Shown: positions 38,196 through 47,863, counted from the first letter of the stretch. The stretch is 64,000 bases of DNA from a virus (IMGVR_UViG_3300025389_001023:32001-96000), one strand, 5' to 3'. Notes: generated by a model not told the origin, from the sequence alone. Numbers and translations are program-made.

Positions 38196-38452
38196 AGTGT
38201 TTTACCCACTGTTTCTAAGATTGTGTTTAATTCTTCGTTGTCGGCGTTTGTCTGTGTAAGACTTGCCTTGTGTGCGATACGAATTGCTTTTTTAAGTACA
38301 CTAGGTTTTACTTCTAGTTCTTCTGCAATTGCTTTTACTGTATCTGATAACCCTTCGTTGAGTGTTTCAACTTCTTGCATGACTGCCATGCCTTCGTTGA
38401 TAAGTTGGGTTAGTTTAATCTTTTGGTCACCGCTAAACATTCTTGCTGCCAT
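38192..38452 (-). CDS. Small dsDNA-binding protein (T4 DsbA/GapR-like)
   Basis: Helical; KAIAEELEVKPSVLKKAIR. Confidence 0.5.
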   Translation of the reverse strand: MAARMFSGDQKIKLTQLINEGMAVMQEVETLNEGLSDTVKAIAEELEVKPSVLKKAIRIAHKASLTQTNADNEELNTILETVGKTL

Positions 38453-38476
38453 ATAAACTCCTATAAAGAAGTACTT

Positions 38477-38505
38477 ATTATACGACAGTTGTGCAACAAA
38501 GTCAA
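38477..38505 (-). promoter_or_regulatory. Sigma70-type promoter for the polymerase operon
   Basis: TTGACT-N17-TATAAT. Confidence 0.8.
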
Positions 38506-38529
38506 ACTTTTTGCGAAATTAGGTTACCG

Positions 38530-39099
38530 TTATTGGAAAATTTCGTGATGTTCTCTACCAAATATCTTGATGTATTTACCGGCAAGCATGTCAGCCATAA
38601 CTTCAATTGGGCTACCCGGGTAACTATCGTTTGGGCCAATCATGCCCAATTCGCCCTGACGGCAATGAACCATTTCATGAAATATTGTACGCATGATGTC
38701 TACCATGTTACGATTTTTTACGTATACCCAAATTTCATTACTACCTTGAACATGTGATCCAGTGTGATGATTGTCTTGGGCATCTTTGGTATCGTTACTA
38801 AAAATAATTTTGGGTATTGTGTTTAGATGTAATCTACCTGCTGTCCATTTAATAAACTTTTGCATTACGGGGTCATGATTTAAGTCATCATCTTCATCAA
38901 GTTTGTGTTTAATAAAACTATCAGGGGTATTATATTTCTTTTTAAAATAATCGTACAATTCTTTGGTACTTATACCATGTCTATTAGAAATTTTTCTTAT
39001 CAATGTATCGATGGTATCATACTTGTGTTTTTGCAGAGATGGCAAGGTTTTTACCAAATCACTGGCTGCGGATTCATTGATAACTTGATGTATCTTCAT
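38530..39099 (-). CDS. Two-module protein with a HExxH zinc metallopeptidase-like domain
   Basis: RTIFHEMVH...PIEVMA; N-terminus MKIHQVINE. Confidence 0.65.
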   Translation of the reverse strand: MKIHQVINESAASDLVKTLPSLQKHKYDTIDTLIRKISNRHGISTKELYDYFKKKYNTPDSFIKHKLDEDDDLNHDPVMQKFIKWTAGRLHLNTIPKIIFSNDTKDAQDNHHTGSHVQGSNEIWVYVKNRNMVDIMRTIFHEMVHCRQGELGMIGPNDSYPGSPIEVMADMLAGKYIKIFGREHHEIFQ

Positions 39100-39100
39100 A

Positions 39101-39337
39101 TTACCCTAAGAATGAAACGATTTCCATTACGCCAAAAACCAATGCAGAACGTAATTGCATGTCTGCGGATTCGGCATCTAATTTTTCAGTATTGATTAAA
39201 TCTAATAAGATTTCTTTTGCTTCGGCAGGTTGAATTTGACCTTGCTCTAGTGCTTGTCTTACTTGCAGTGCATATTGGGCACGTGCTGCCGCCCATTGTT
39301 GACCTGAACCTACTACTTGATTTAGTGCGTCTGACAT
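39101..39337 (-). CDS. Hypothetical protein
   Basis: Coupled ORF. Confidence 0.6.
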   Translation of the reverse strand: MSDALNQVVGSGQQWAAARAQYALQVRQALEQGQIQPAEAKEILLDLINTEKLDAESADMQLRSALVFGVMEIVSFLG

Positions 39338-39730
39338 TTAAAATCTCCCTTGAACGGCTTTTGCTATCATGTCTGCTTGTTGTACAAACAGTTTTTGTTT
39401 TATATCACAATATAAAGGACTTACGGGTCCTGCATTAACTCTATCTTTAAATTCACCGTATGTGGTAGTAAACGTAGTTGTTAGTTTTAATACATCTTTG
39501 GTGTTTTTAGTTTGACTGTATATAGTCAACCATTGCAATGGTATTTCAATAGACTCTAGTTGTGGCTGTAATGGTTTACTGCAATCAAGGCGTCTTGAAT
39601 AAAGTTGTAAATCAGTTACTACTTTGCTTTGATTGTCGTCCCAAAAGCTAGGAATCATATCTTTTACTGATTGTACCGTGCTACATGCTGTTAAACAAGA
39701 AACAGCTAGGATTATAAGTAATTTTTTCAT
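39338..39730 (-). CDS. Lipoprotein
   Basis: MKKLLIILAVSCLTAC lipobox; GATAAATA directly upstream. Confidence 0.7.
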   Translation of the reverse strand: MKKLLIILAVSCLTACSTVQSVKDMIPSFWDDNQSKVVTDLQLYSRRLDCSKPLQPQLESIEIPLQWLTIYSQTKNTKDVLKLTTTFTTTYGEFKDRVNAGPVSPLYCDIKQKLFVQQADMIAKAVQGRF

Positions 39731-39747
39731 ATCAGTATTTATCAAAA

Positions 39748-39842
39748 AATGCTCACTTTCGAGTACTTCGGGCACGACTCCTATCTCCTCGGGCCAGCAG
39801 CCGGCCACACCGCAACCCGAAGGTCCTAAGGTAGGTGTTCTT
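39748..39842 (-). ncRNA. Candidate structured RNA, family unassigned
   Basis: 55 of 90 nt are G/C in 39751-39840, within an AT-rich genome; several stems and a cUUCGg tetraloop. Confidence 0.5.
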
Positions 39843-40344
39843 ATATAAGTGCGATTGCCCACTTCTGAAACACTTTGCACAACTCACGTATTTTTTCATT
39901 GCGTGTTTCTTCAATATGATATTTTTTATGTTTATAGGCTTCTGTCTCATCTTCAGTGGGGTCAACATATCCACAATAAACTTTCCTAATATTGCTATGA
40001 TTTATTAAATCTGTGCAACTATCGCCTTCACGTTTATCAGCCATTTTATTGTGATATGTACTGCATGGGCTTAGTGTTGTAATACATATGCTACCCTCTG
40101 GAACTTTACCATGTTTAGCTTCGTATTTTTCAATAGCGGCACGTTCAGCATGTACTCTAGTGTAACCATCATTGTAATAATTTACTGCGTATACGGTGTT
40201 ATTGTCAGGGTCAAGTATGCAACTACCTACATAGCCGTAATAGTCGCTATCCTTCTTTTGCCCTTCAACAATCATTTCACATAATTTGATGAGTATATTG
40301 TCTAGTTTTTTGTGGCTGTGTATTTGAAAATCAGTTAGTTTCAT
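39841..40344 (-). CDS. Cytidine/dCMP deaminase-fold protein
   Basis: HAERAA...TTLSPC...SC zinc-binding motifs. Confidence 0.8.
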   Translation of the reverse strand: MKLTDFQIHSHKKLDNILIKLCEMIVEGQKKDSDYYGYVGSCILDPDNNTVYAVNYYNDGYTRVHAERAAIEKYEAKHGKVPEGSICITTLSPCSTYHNKMADKREGDSCTDLINHSNIRKVYCGYVDPTEDETEAYKHKKYHIEETRNEKIRELCKVFQKWAIALI

Positions 40345-41020
40345 ATAAATTAAGAGAATATGTATTAAATCTCTTTAATCTATTTATGAATTCAGTAGTC
40401 TTTTCTGTAACTACACCAGTCAACTGAAATGTAACTCTTGGGTTATGTCCTGCGTTTGCTGTGCTGTGTGGTACATTCTTCCAATCAAATGTAGTAACAT
40501 CTCCTGCACGCCATTGACTAAAATTGTAATTACCATAACTCCAAAAATGTCCTTGTTCCCAATCTGTTAATTGAATCATTATACGCATAATACGCCATGG
40601 TTCTTCAGGAGCCCATTTTTCTAATTTGTCTAGGTGCAAGTTCCAAACTTCGCCGGGCATCTGTACATGTATACGTTCCATGCAATCATCAAGGCCAAAT
40701 AAGTTACTCATTTCTTTTAGTACCGGCGGAATGTTCCAATTAAGATGTGTAATCTTATAGTCTTTCCCATATCCTGTTTTTTCTAAATCATATTCTTCTG
40801 CGAGTGAATCTTCACGCGGTGCCATTACACCCTCGCCTTTATACCCACGTGTTTCCCAAGTAGCCGATTTGCTATTGTCAATAATAGTCTTTAATTCACT
40901 AGACCAATCTCCCTTGATAGTTCCCAATCTGATTACCGTATCATAATTATTATCCATTTTGAAATTATCAAAGTGGTACTTGCTTAGTGCTTTTCTTGTT
41001 TCCCAACTACTTGTTGTCAT
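40331..41020 (-). CDS. 2OG-Fe(II) oxygenase-like protein (double-stranded beta helix)
   Basis: HLD...HSTANAG..PR.TFQLTG. Confidence 0.7.
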   Translation of the reverse strand: MTTSSWETRKALSKYHFDNFKMDNNYDTVIRLGTIKGDWSSELKTIIDNSKSATWETRGYKGEGVMAPREDSLAEEYDLEKTGYGKDYKITHLNWNIPPVLKEMSNLFGLDDCMERIHVQMPGEVWNLHLDKLEKWAPEEPWRIMRIMIQLTDWEQGHFWSYGNYNFSQWRAGDVTTFDWKNVPHSTANAGHNPRVTFQLTGVVTEKTTEFINRLKRFNTYSLNLYETN

Positions 41021-41021
41021 T

Positions 41022-41645
41022 TTATTCTCCTAATCCGCTTACTTTACGTACAAGAATATCTAGTTCTTGACGTTCTACTGCATTAAAATATTTTTTATTA
41101 GAATCATTTTCTAATATTTTGTCTATCCGATTATCATATGATATCGGAAAATTTAATTGCTTACTTAAACTCTTAATGTATTTATCCTTATATAGATATA
41201 ACAATTCATGGCTCAGATAGACGGGGTCAAGTGTGTTTAGATAATCTAATTCTGTTTGAAAATCAGGATAGCTATATCTATCTCTTACACGCTCTTGTTG
41301 ATATTTAATGATGTTTTTGTCTCTGCCTATAATTCCTATTTTAACTTCAATATTTAATTTGTTCAAAGTTTCTATAAACTCTTTATACTTGGGTATTGAT
41401 ACCACACCTTTGTTAGCATAAGGGCAACTGATACTTGTCACATAATAATCATGTGTACTCCAATCTTTTTCTAATAAAAGAGTTGGATCGTTCCAATATT
41501 GTGCAAAGGGTTCATTATCATGAGGGTCCCAGTATTGTTCTAGTAACTTATCCCAAGCATAAACATCTTTGTGTAGTGCAAATATTTTACTGAATAAATG
41601 ATTACCAGAACCTTGCGGCCCGGTAATAATCAATAACTGCTTCAT
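41022..41645 (-). CDS. Sulfotransferase-like P-loop protein
   Basis: ITGPQGSGNHL, IIGRD. Confidence 0.5.
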   Translation of the reverse strand: MKQLLIITGPQGSGNHLFSKIFALHKDVYAWDKLLEQYWDPHDNEPFAQYWNDPTLLLEKDWSTHDYYVTSISCPYANKGVVSIPKYKEFIETLNKLNIEVKIGIIGRDKNIIKYQQERVRDRYSYPDFQTELDYLNTLDPVYLSHELLYLYKDKYIKSLSKQLNFPISYDNRIDKILENDSNKKYFNAVERQELDILVRKVSGLGE

Positions 41646-42262
41646 ATCAATGTAACTCTTACATCAGATTGTCCATAATCTTGGAAATATTCTTTAGGAG
41701 GTAAATCAATCTTTAACAACTTACATAATGCATGATTTGTTAGTGGTGCTGAACCCTTATACGTTAACATGGCATTAACAATACCTTGATTTTGTTCTTT
41801 GATGATAGTTGCCATTGTTTTTAAGTTTTTGTAATAACCTGCATAACTAGGATATGTGATATCAAAGTGACCGCACTTTACCCACCATCCTAAACAAGCA
41901 TCATCAGGACGATGCACTAAAATTATAGGACATTCAGGCCAATACATTTTTAAGAATTCAATATTATTTGCAAACACATGACTTTTAATAATGCGAATGC
42001 CTTTTCCTTTAAAGGGCCTATCAAACTCTGCCTCACATTTATCTTTGGGATAATTTTTAATGTTATCAAAAAAACTACCAAACTCCATGCCTGGATCAAA
42101 GTACGCACCTAAATGCATCAAGTCCATTTTACCACTAGCATCGTGATAATATGTACGTTCATCACTATAGTCGCTGTTGTCAATGTCAGGACTATAGTAG
42201 ATGTTTTTAGTTACTGAACTCCACTTACTGCCAGGAGCACCGGCTACAAATATATATTTCAT
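41642..42262 (-). CDS. Sulfotransferase-like P-loop protein
   Basis: AGAPGSKWS, IIKSH, ILVHR. Confidence 0.5.
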   Translation of the reverse strand: MKYIFVAGAPGSKWSSVTKNIYYSPDIDNSDYSDERTYYHDASGKMDLMHLGAYFDPGMEFGSFFDNIKNYPKDKCEAEFDRPFKGKGIRIIKSHVFANNIEFLKMYWPECPIILVHRPDDACLGWWVKCGHFDITYPSYAGYYKNLKTMATIIKEQNQGIVNAMLTYKGSAPLTNHALCKLLKIDLPPKEYFQDYGQSDVRVTLI

Positions 42263-43314
42263 TTTGCGATACTTGCTATACTGTCTTTATAAATAGCGTT
42301 TTGTTTGAACACAGTACTGTTCCACCATACTAAATTCTTTAATGCTTTCTTTGTAGTCAATTTTTCTAAATATTTCATAGCATCGTTAACTTGTGAACCA
42401 ACTAAGAATTCATATTTGCCGTTATCTTTTTCAATGATTTCCATTGATTCTTTATCAGCTAACATTTCTTTTAGAGCTTTACGCAATTTGTCGGCATTAG
42501 GATTGCCCTTGTTTACCCACAAACTCTTTTGTAGGACATCACGCCAGTTCTTTACCAACATATATGTGTCATACAATTCACCCTTAGGATACTTACCCCA
42601 CTTAGCTTTGTATGCTTCCTCAAAAAATTGTTCTTTAGGGAAGTTAGGATCGGCAACTACTTTACCTGTTTTAATGTTTAATATACCTTCATTGAACCAT
42701 GGACCAACGTTAGGTATAGTAGTAAAGAACTTTAAGTAAGCACTAGGTGTTTCACGCATAGCAGTTAATTCACCTCTAGCAAGTGATAATCTACGTTCAC
42801 CTGCATTCATGCCAGGAATAAATTTTACGTTTTTATTATTGTAACATTGTGCATATGCTTCTATGTTAGGTAGTTCACCGCACAATAATAATGTCATAGC
42901 CAACATATCAGGATTGTTTCCTGAACCTGCGGCAAAACGTAAGTCTTGATAAACATCACGGTCTGTTCTACGTACAGTTTCAATCGTAATATTCATTGCA
43001 CCAATTGCTTCCCAATCTTTATAGTCATAGCGAACATCTTCTACTAGATAACTTTCGGCATTACCACCGTGTGCAACCATAACAGTTTTGTTATCAAATC
43101 TCAATGTATCTTGAAATTTGTTTGCCCCTGGGATATCTCTTGCACCGGGGATATGTTGAATAACAATTTTTTCACCTAGTTTCTTTTCTAATTCGTGTGC
43201 AACAATACTTGTCCATACACTTGTACCTGCACCAGGTTCTTGTGGTACAACAAATGTATAATCAGCATGTGCTAACCCACTAGCTAGTAATAACGACAAT
43301 AATAACTTTTTCAT
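42259..43314 (-). CDS. tctC: Tripartite tricarboxylate transporter substrate-binding protein (TctC/Bug-like)
   Basis: Signal peptide; FVVPQEPGAGT...LEKKLGEKIVIQHIPGA. Confidence 0.7.
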   Translation of the reverse strand: MKKLLLSLLLASGLAHADYTFVVPQEPGAGTSVWTSIVAHELEKKLGEKIVIQHIPGARDIPGANKFQDTLRFDNKTVMVAHGGNAESYLVEDVRYDYKDWEAIGAMNITIETVRRTDRDVYQDLRFAAGSGNNPDMLAMTLLLCGELPNIEAYAQCYNNKNVKFIPGMNAGERRLSLARGELTAMRETPSAYLKFFTTIPNVGPWFNEGILNIKTGKVVADPNFPKEQFFEEAYKAKWGKYPKGELYDTYMLVKNWRDVLQKSLWVNKGNPNADKLRKALKEMLADKESMEIIEKDNGKYEFLVGSQVNDAMKYLEKLTTKKALKNLVWWNSTVFKQNAIYKDSIASIAK

Positions 43315-43322
43315 AATTTTCC

Positions 43323-44777
43323 TCAATAATAGTTAAGTTTTGTTTTGCTAAAAAATACCCCATACAATATGGAAATAAATGTAGCAATTAATAATCCAAT
43401 TGCAATTGGATGATGTAATATTTCTTCAAGTTGATATATAGTAAAGAATTGCTTACCTACCAATTCAATACGTGGGCTTAGTACAAATCCAATAAGTACA
43501 CATGCTCTACTAATCTTGAAGTATTTAAGTACCAATCCTAACACCGTACAAAAAATCAACATAGCATAATCTTCCCAACCCCCGGTGTACTCAGCACAAC
43601 TCCAAAAGATTAGTGCAATTAATGGAACAAAATAATACATTACTGGCACACGTGTTAATAATGTAGCCCAACGTATAAACAATAAACTTATAAAGAATGT
43701 TATTGTTAAACTTAATATGAAACTATAGTTTAGTGCATGAAAGAATTTTGGATCAGCAAGTAATGTAGGACTACCCATTTCTAATCCAACATACATAAAC
43801 AAACTCATAACGATAACTTCAAATGGTGCCGCTGGCACACCAAACAATATAGTAGGAACGTATGCAGTTGACTTTTGAGCCATGTTAGCTCCTTCTGCAC
43901 CTACTACACCCCTGATATTACCATCACCAAATTTAGTAGTATCATTTTTCCCTGCCGCAACTGTTTGACTATATGCTATCCAATCTACTACGGCACCACC
44001 TACACCTGGCAACAATCCAATGAATCCACCTATTAATCCTGAACGCATACTATCCCAACGATAACGCCACGCATCTTTTGCACCCTGATACATTTGACTA
44101 ATGATATTATTTGATTGCGGAGTAAATTCTGCTTTTTTGAATAGCGCCTCTAATATTTCAGGCATTGCTAATAGTCCTGACAATAATGGTAGCACTTGTA
44201 TACCATGTGCAAGATAAAACCAACCACCTGTAAAACGTTCGGCATTGGTAACTGGATCGGTGCCAACTAGTCCTAAAAACAATCCTAAGGCAACCCCCAA
44301 TAAACCCCTAAACCAATATTTGTTATTTACAAATGTAACTGTTGTCAATGCAAGTAATATAAAGCATAACATTTCAGGTATACCAAAATATAACACAACA
44401 TTTGCATAGTAGGGTAAGAATGCAAACACTAATATACCCCATAATAAACCTTGACCACATGCGCTAAAGATACTAGCACTTAATGCTCTTGCGCCCTCAC
44501 CTCGTTTGGCTAATGGAAATCCATCTACCATAGTTGCGGCACTTCCGCCACCACCGGGTATGTTCATTACTACACTTGCAAACAAATCACCAATACTAGA
44601 TGATATCACTAACGCAGTAGTGAACACTACCAATGAGTATGGATCAGCACGAAAATAATCAATGAATGCATATATTGTTAGCAAGCCTGTGGTAGCCCCT
44701 GCAATTGGAATTATCCCAAAGATAAAACCATATATTGTGCCTGCTAACAAATAGGGTATGTAGTGTATATAATCCAT
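43323..44777 (-). CDS. tctA: Tripartite tricarboxylate transporter permease TctA
   Basis: GIIP, NIPG...AATMVDGFPLAKRGEG, GLLPGVGG, GAEGANMA, PTILFGVP. Confidence 0.88.
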   Translation of the reverse strand: MDYIHYIPYLLAGTIYGFIFGIIPIAGATTGLLTIYAFIDYFRADPYSLVVFTTALVISSSIGDLFASVVMNIPGGGGSAATMVDGFPLAKRGEGARALSASIFSACGQGLLWGILVFAFLPYYANVVLYFGIPEMLCFILLALTTVTFVNNKYWFRGLLGVALGLFLGLVGTDPVTNAERFTGGWFYLAHGIQVLPLLSGLLAMPEILEALFKKAEFTPQSNNIISQMYQGAKDAWRYRWDSMRSGLIGGFIGLLPGVGGAVVDWIAYSQTVAAGKNDTTKFGDGNIRGVVGAEGANMAQKSTAYVPTILFGVPAAPFEVIVMSLFMYVGLEMGSPTLLADPKFFHALNYSFILSLTITFFISLLFIRWATLLTRVPVMYYFVPLIALIFWSCAEYTGGWEDYAMLIFCTVLGLVLKYFKISRACVLIGFVLSPRIELVGKQFFTIYQLEEILHHPIAIGLLIATFISILYGVFFSKTKLNYY

Positions 44778-45328
44778 TAAAATTTCATTAAGTTTTGTAT
44801 TTCATCTGGTAGCCAATGGTCTTCAGTTCTTTCAGGGTGCCATACTACGCCTGCAACATTTCCATCAATCCATGCTTCACAATCACCGTCTACATCACGT
44901 GCTAAAACTGTAGCACTTGCTTGTGGTAATTTAATGTTTAGTCCATGAAAACTATTAACATCAAATTCTTGTCCTTTATAAGTTACTTTATGTGTTATTC
45001 CACCACTGTGTCCTTCTTTCTTAGACACAGTTCCACCTAAAGTATCAGTCAGTAAAAAGCAACCATGACATACACCTAGTATAGGTTTTTGCTGTAACAT
45101 CATTTGTGTTGCTAGTTTTAATTCTGTCGTGCGTCTTATTAATCTATCATCGCCACCAGTAATAATAAAACAATCAACTTCATCGGCAATTGCCTTAAAG
45201 TTTTGGTCTAATCTATTAGGGACAAAAAAGAGCGTATGCTCTTTCAAATACGAGTACCACCCGTGTTCGATTGAATCATACGCTCTGCCTCTAAACTTAA
45301 TAATGCGTTGGCTTAGAGCTATTTTCAA
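44777..45328 (-). CDS. Class I glutamine amidotransferase / gamma-glutamyl hydrolase (peptidase C26-like)
   Basis: ITGGDD, GVCHG, VNSFH, WHPE catalytic triad. Confidence 0.88.
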   Translation of the reverse strand: MKIALSQRIIKFRGRAYDSIEHGWYSYLKEHTLFFVPNRLDQNFKAIADEVDCFIITGGDDRLIRRTTELKLATQMMLQQKPILGVCHGCFLLTDTLGGTVSKKEGHSGGITHKVTYKGQEFDVNSFHGLNIKLPQASATVLARDVDGDCEAWIDGNVAGVVWHPERTEDHWLPDEIQNLMKF

Positions 45329-45329
45329 A

Positions 45330-46025
45330 TTACCATCCGTATGCGTCTGCTACTAACTCTTTACCTGCTTCAGCGGCTACGGTATTTTTGCATGAAATTT
45401 CATACAAATCTTTACGCATTGCTGATACCAATGCTTGTACTTGACTTGCATTTTCTTCAGTAACTAATTGCTCTAATTTACGAGCACCGATGTTGCTGTG
45501 GAAGCCTTCATCTTTAGCAATCTTGCGATATGAACTGCTGATGAAACCATCTTCAATACAATCAGCCATTGTGTTCCAAACAGCTTCTGCACGACCTTCA
45601 GCAACCAATTGATAGGCAGCTAGTGCAACTGGATCAGTTTCTGCATTGTACTTAGCTAATAGACCAGCACCTTTAGCTGTTGGCTTTGCGGCTTCAGCGG
45701 CAATAGCGGCTTCAACATCAACTGGGCTACCTTGAATGTGTTCAATAACTTCCTTAACCATACGGAAGTGATTTGCCTCATCCATTGCTTGTTTTGTTAA
45801 TAATGATAACTCAACTGGATCTGTGTCAGCAGGCATAGTAGCGATTGCTTGAGCAATTTCAACCATGTTCATACGCTCATTGACCATACGGCCAACAAAG
45901 TGTTCTACTAATTCTTCTTGAGCAGGCTTGCTGTCAAAATACGCTTTTACATTGTGTTGACTAGCTTGGAACAACGCTTGGTTGTCTTTAACAATAGTCT
46001 TAACAAACTCTTTTGATGAAAACAT
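45330..46025 (-). CDS. Ferritin-like diiron protein
   Basis: E...DEANH and E...DEGFH diiron motifs. Confidence 0.75.
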   Translation of the reverse strand: MFSSKEFVKTIVKDNQALFQASQHNVKAYFDSKPAQEELVEHFVGRMVNERMNMVEIAQAIATMPADTDPVELSLLTKQAMDEANHFRMVKEVIEHIQGSPVDVEAAIAAEAAKPTAKGAGLLAKYNAETDPVALAAYQLVAEGRAEAVWNTMADCIEDGFISSSYRKIAKDEGFHSNIGARKLEQLVTEENASQVQALVSAMRKDLYEISCKNTVAAEAGKELVADAYGW

Positions 46026-46070
46026 AAATTATCTCCTTAAATTTTTATGTACGTGCGAGAAATTCTATAC

Positions 46071-46080
46071 TTATTTATAA
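46071..46080 (-). promoter_or_regulatory. T4-type late promoter
   Basis: TATAAATA upstream of the ferritin-like/Tct operon. Confidence 0.6.
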
Positions 46081-46123
46081 AATGTTACTACACACAAAAT
46101 ATTTATCTAATTTTTTAAAAATT

Positions 46124-46804
46124 TTAAAGATTGGGGAAAATTTTAAGCATTTCGTGAGATTTTAAGTATCTAATATAAAATTCCTTACACTGTTCTTTAT
46201 AATCATCTGATATCTGTAAAAAATCAATTAACTTATTTAAATTTTCATCAACCTTGTCGTAATTAAAAATATCAAACAATCTAAATTGCAATAAGTTATT
46301 AGTAGAATTTTCACAAAGTTTTTCTATTCTTTTTGGATGTTGACCTATTATCCAATTTTTACCAACTTCAGGATTAAACAGGTAACGTTTATTGGTAAAC
46401 AATGAATGTGCAGTTTCTACCTCTTTTTCAATCATAGGGAATGATATTATAAATTTTGAATTGGGAAACTTGTTCATCATATACTCTATATCTATAATGT
46501 GTAATTCAATAGGTACTGGATATGAAGGATAATTAAGTTCCATTTTAGAAAGAATATCATCCATTTTTATTTTTAAATCCGGATGAACCCCATAAGTATA
46601 CCATAATATTTCATTAAATGTTTCATCACTTGTGATTTGAGTAATGTTTGAATATTTGTCAGTAGACCTATTGATTACTTCTGCTGTTCTTGTTATTTTA
46701 ATGTCTGCATCATGGTTATACAATTTATTTACTAATGCAGAAATAAATCGTCCTGAACAACCAGGATAGTATAATATAAAAATTATTTTGTCGTCGGCAA
46801 TCAT
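46124..46804 (-). CDS. Hypothetical protein, sulfotransferase-like N-terminus
   Basis: YYPGCSGRFIS; AT-rich gene. Confidence 0.4.
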   Translation of the reverse strand: MIADDKIIFILYYPGCSGRFISALVNKLYNHDADIKITRTAEVINRSTDKYSNITQITSDETFNEILWYTYGVHPDLKIKMDDILSKMELNYPSYPVPIELHIIDIEYMMNKFPNSKFIISFPMIEKEVETAHSLFTNKRYLFNPEVGKNWIIGQHPKRIEKLCENSTNNLLQFRLFDIFNYDKVDENLNKLIDFLQISDDYKEQCKEFYIRYLKSHEMLKIFPNL

Positions 46805-46840
46805 GTTAAATATCAGTTATATAATATTTATAGAGATATC

Positions 46841-47578
46841 ATGAACACTAAAATTTACAAACTTATCACCGAAAACTTAAAGTTAGCCTTTAATTTATCC
46901 AAATATCAAAAAATTTCTGATAGCATTGACGAAAATACATTAGTAGATAAACTACCGTGGACCCCAGCAAGATATCGCAAATTTAAAGATACTATTGAAG
47001 CTGAATTAAGTTTACCTTGCGACTACATTGGGACATTGCGTGATATAGTAAATGATTTAAGTGAAAGGTATACACATCGCTTTTTTGCTGAAATTTGGAA
47101 ACCACGTACCGGTGATTATGATTATACAGGTTGGGCATTGGTTGACGAAATTAACAAACAAAATCCCAAAAATGTTTTAGATGTGGGGTGCGGGTATCAC
47201 CCGTTCAAGGGTCGCATACAGAACTTAATTGGTATTGATCCTTATAACAATCAAGCAGATTTTGAAGTTGATATATTAGAGTATAAAGTTAAGTACAAAC
47301 ATGACCACATTATTGCATTAGGATCAATTAACTTTAATAGCCGTGATGAAATTGAAGCACGATTTAGTCATTGTGTTGATTTACTTGAACAGGGCGGCAA
47401 GTTTTATGTACGTGCAAATCCAGGAATACCACATAAGACTGGGCCTTATGTGGACATATTTCCATGGAGCTTTGAAATCGCAAATGAATTTGCTGAAAAA
47501 TACAATCTTAAATTGTTAGAATTTAAGAAAGATGGTAACGAACGTTTATATTTTTCTTATGAAAAATTAAAAATGTAA
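46841..47578 (+). CDS. Class I SAM-dependent methyltransferase with an extra N-terminal helical domain
   Basis: VLDVGCG, GIDP, ALGSINF. Confidence 0.8.
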   Translation: MNTKIYKLITENLKLAFNLSKYQKISDSIDENTLVDKLPWTPARYRKFKDTIEAELSLPCDYIGTLRDIVNDLSERYTHRFFAEIWKPRTGDYDYTGWALVDEINKQNPKNVLDVGCGYHPFKGRIQNLIGIDPYNNQADFEVDILEYKVKYKHDHIIALGSINFNSRDEIEARFSHCVDLLEQGGKFYVRANPGIPHKTGPYVDIFPWSFEIANEFAEKYNLKLLEFKKDGNERLYFSYEKLKM

Positions 47579-47863
47579 GTTTGCATTTACAAAGGCAAGA
47601 CGCTCAGGTGTAATATCTTTATAAGAAATTGTCTGTGCCTCTTGACCTTCTTTTTCAATTAAATGAATAATTTTTTGATCTACCATCCATGCGTCATAAA
47701 AAATACTAAACACTTCAGTAACGTTTGAGCCGTCATTTGTTGTGCTAAAGATTTCGTCTGCACGTGCTGTGTCGCCTGTTTTAAGAGCCGCCCAGTCGTT
47801 TAACTGAGTATAGTGTTCTGGATCTGGTGTTAGTTCCGATGTAATAGTGTGCTTGATTGTCAT
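47567..47863 (-). CDS. Hypothetical protein (paralog of the next ORF)
   Basis: H..TSEL...FYD.W...KI.H.I..EG...SYK. Confidence 0.6.
   Translation of the reverse strand: MTIKHTITSELTPDPEHYTQLNDWAALKTGDTARADEIFSTTNDGSNVTEVFSIFYDAWMVDQKIIHLIEKEGQEAQTISYKDITPERLAFVNANLHF

Noticed and set aside
39748-39842. tRNA or hammerhead ribozyme
   Set aside because: No cloverleaf or T-loop GTTCRA, and no CUGANGA core.
39731-39880. N-terminal extension of the lipoprotein ORF (track start 39880)
   Set aside because: The signal peptide and a late promoter point to a start at 39730, and the extension crosses the GC-rich structured element.
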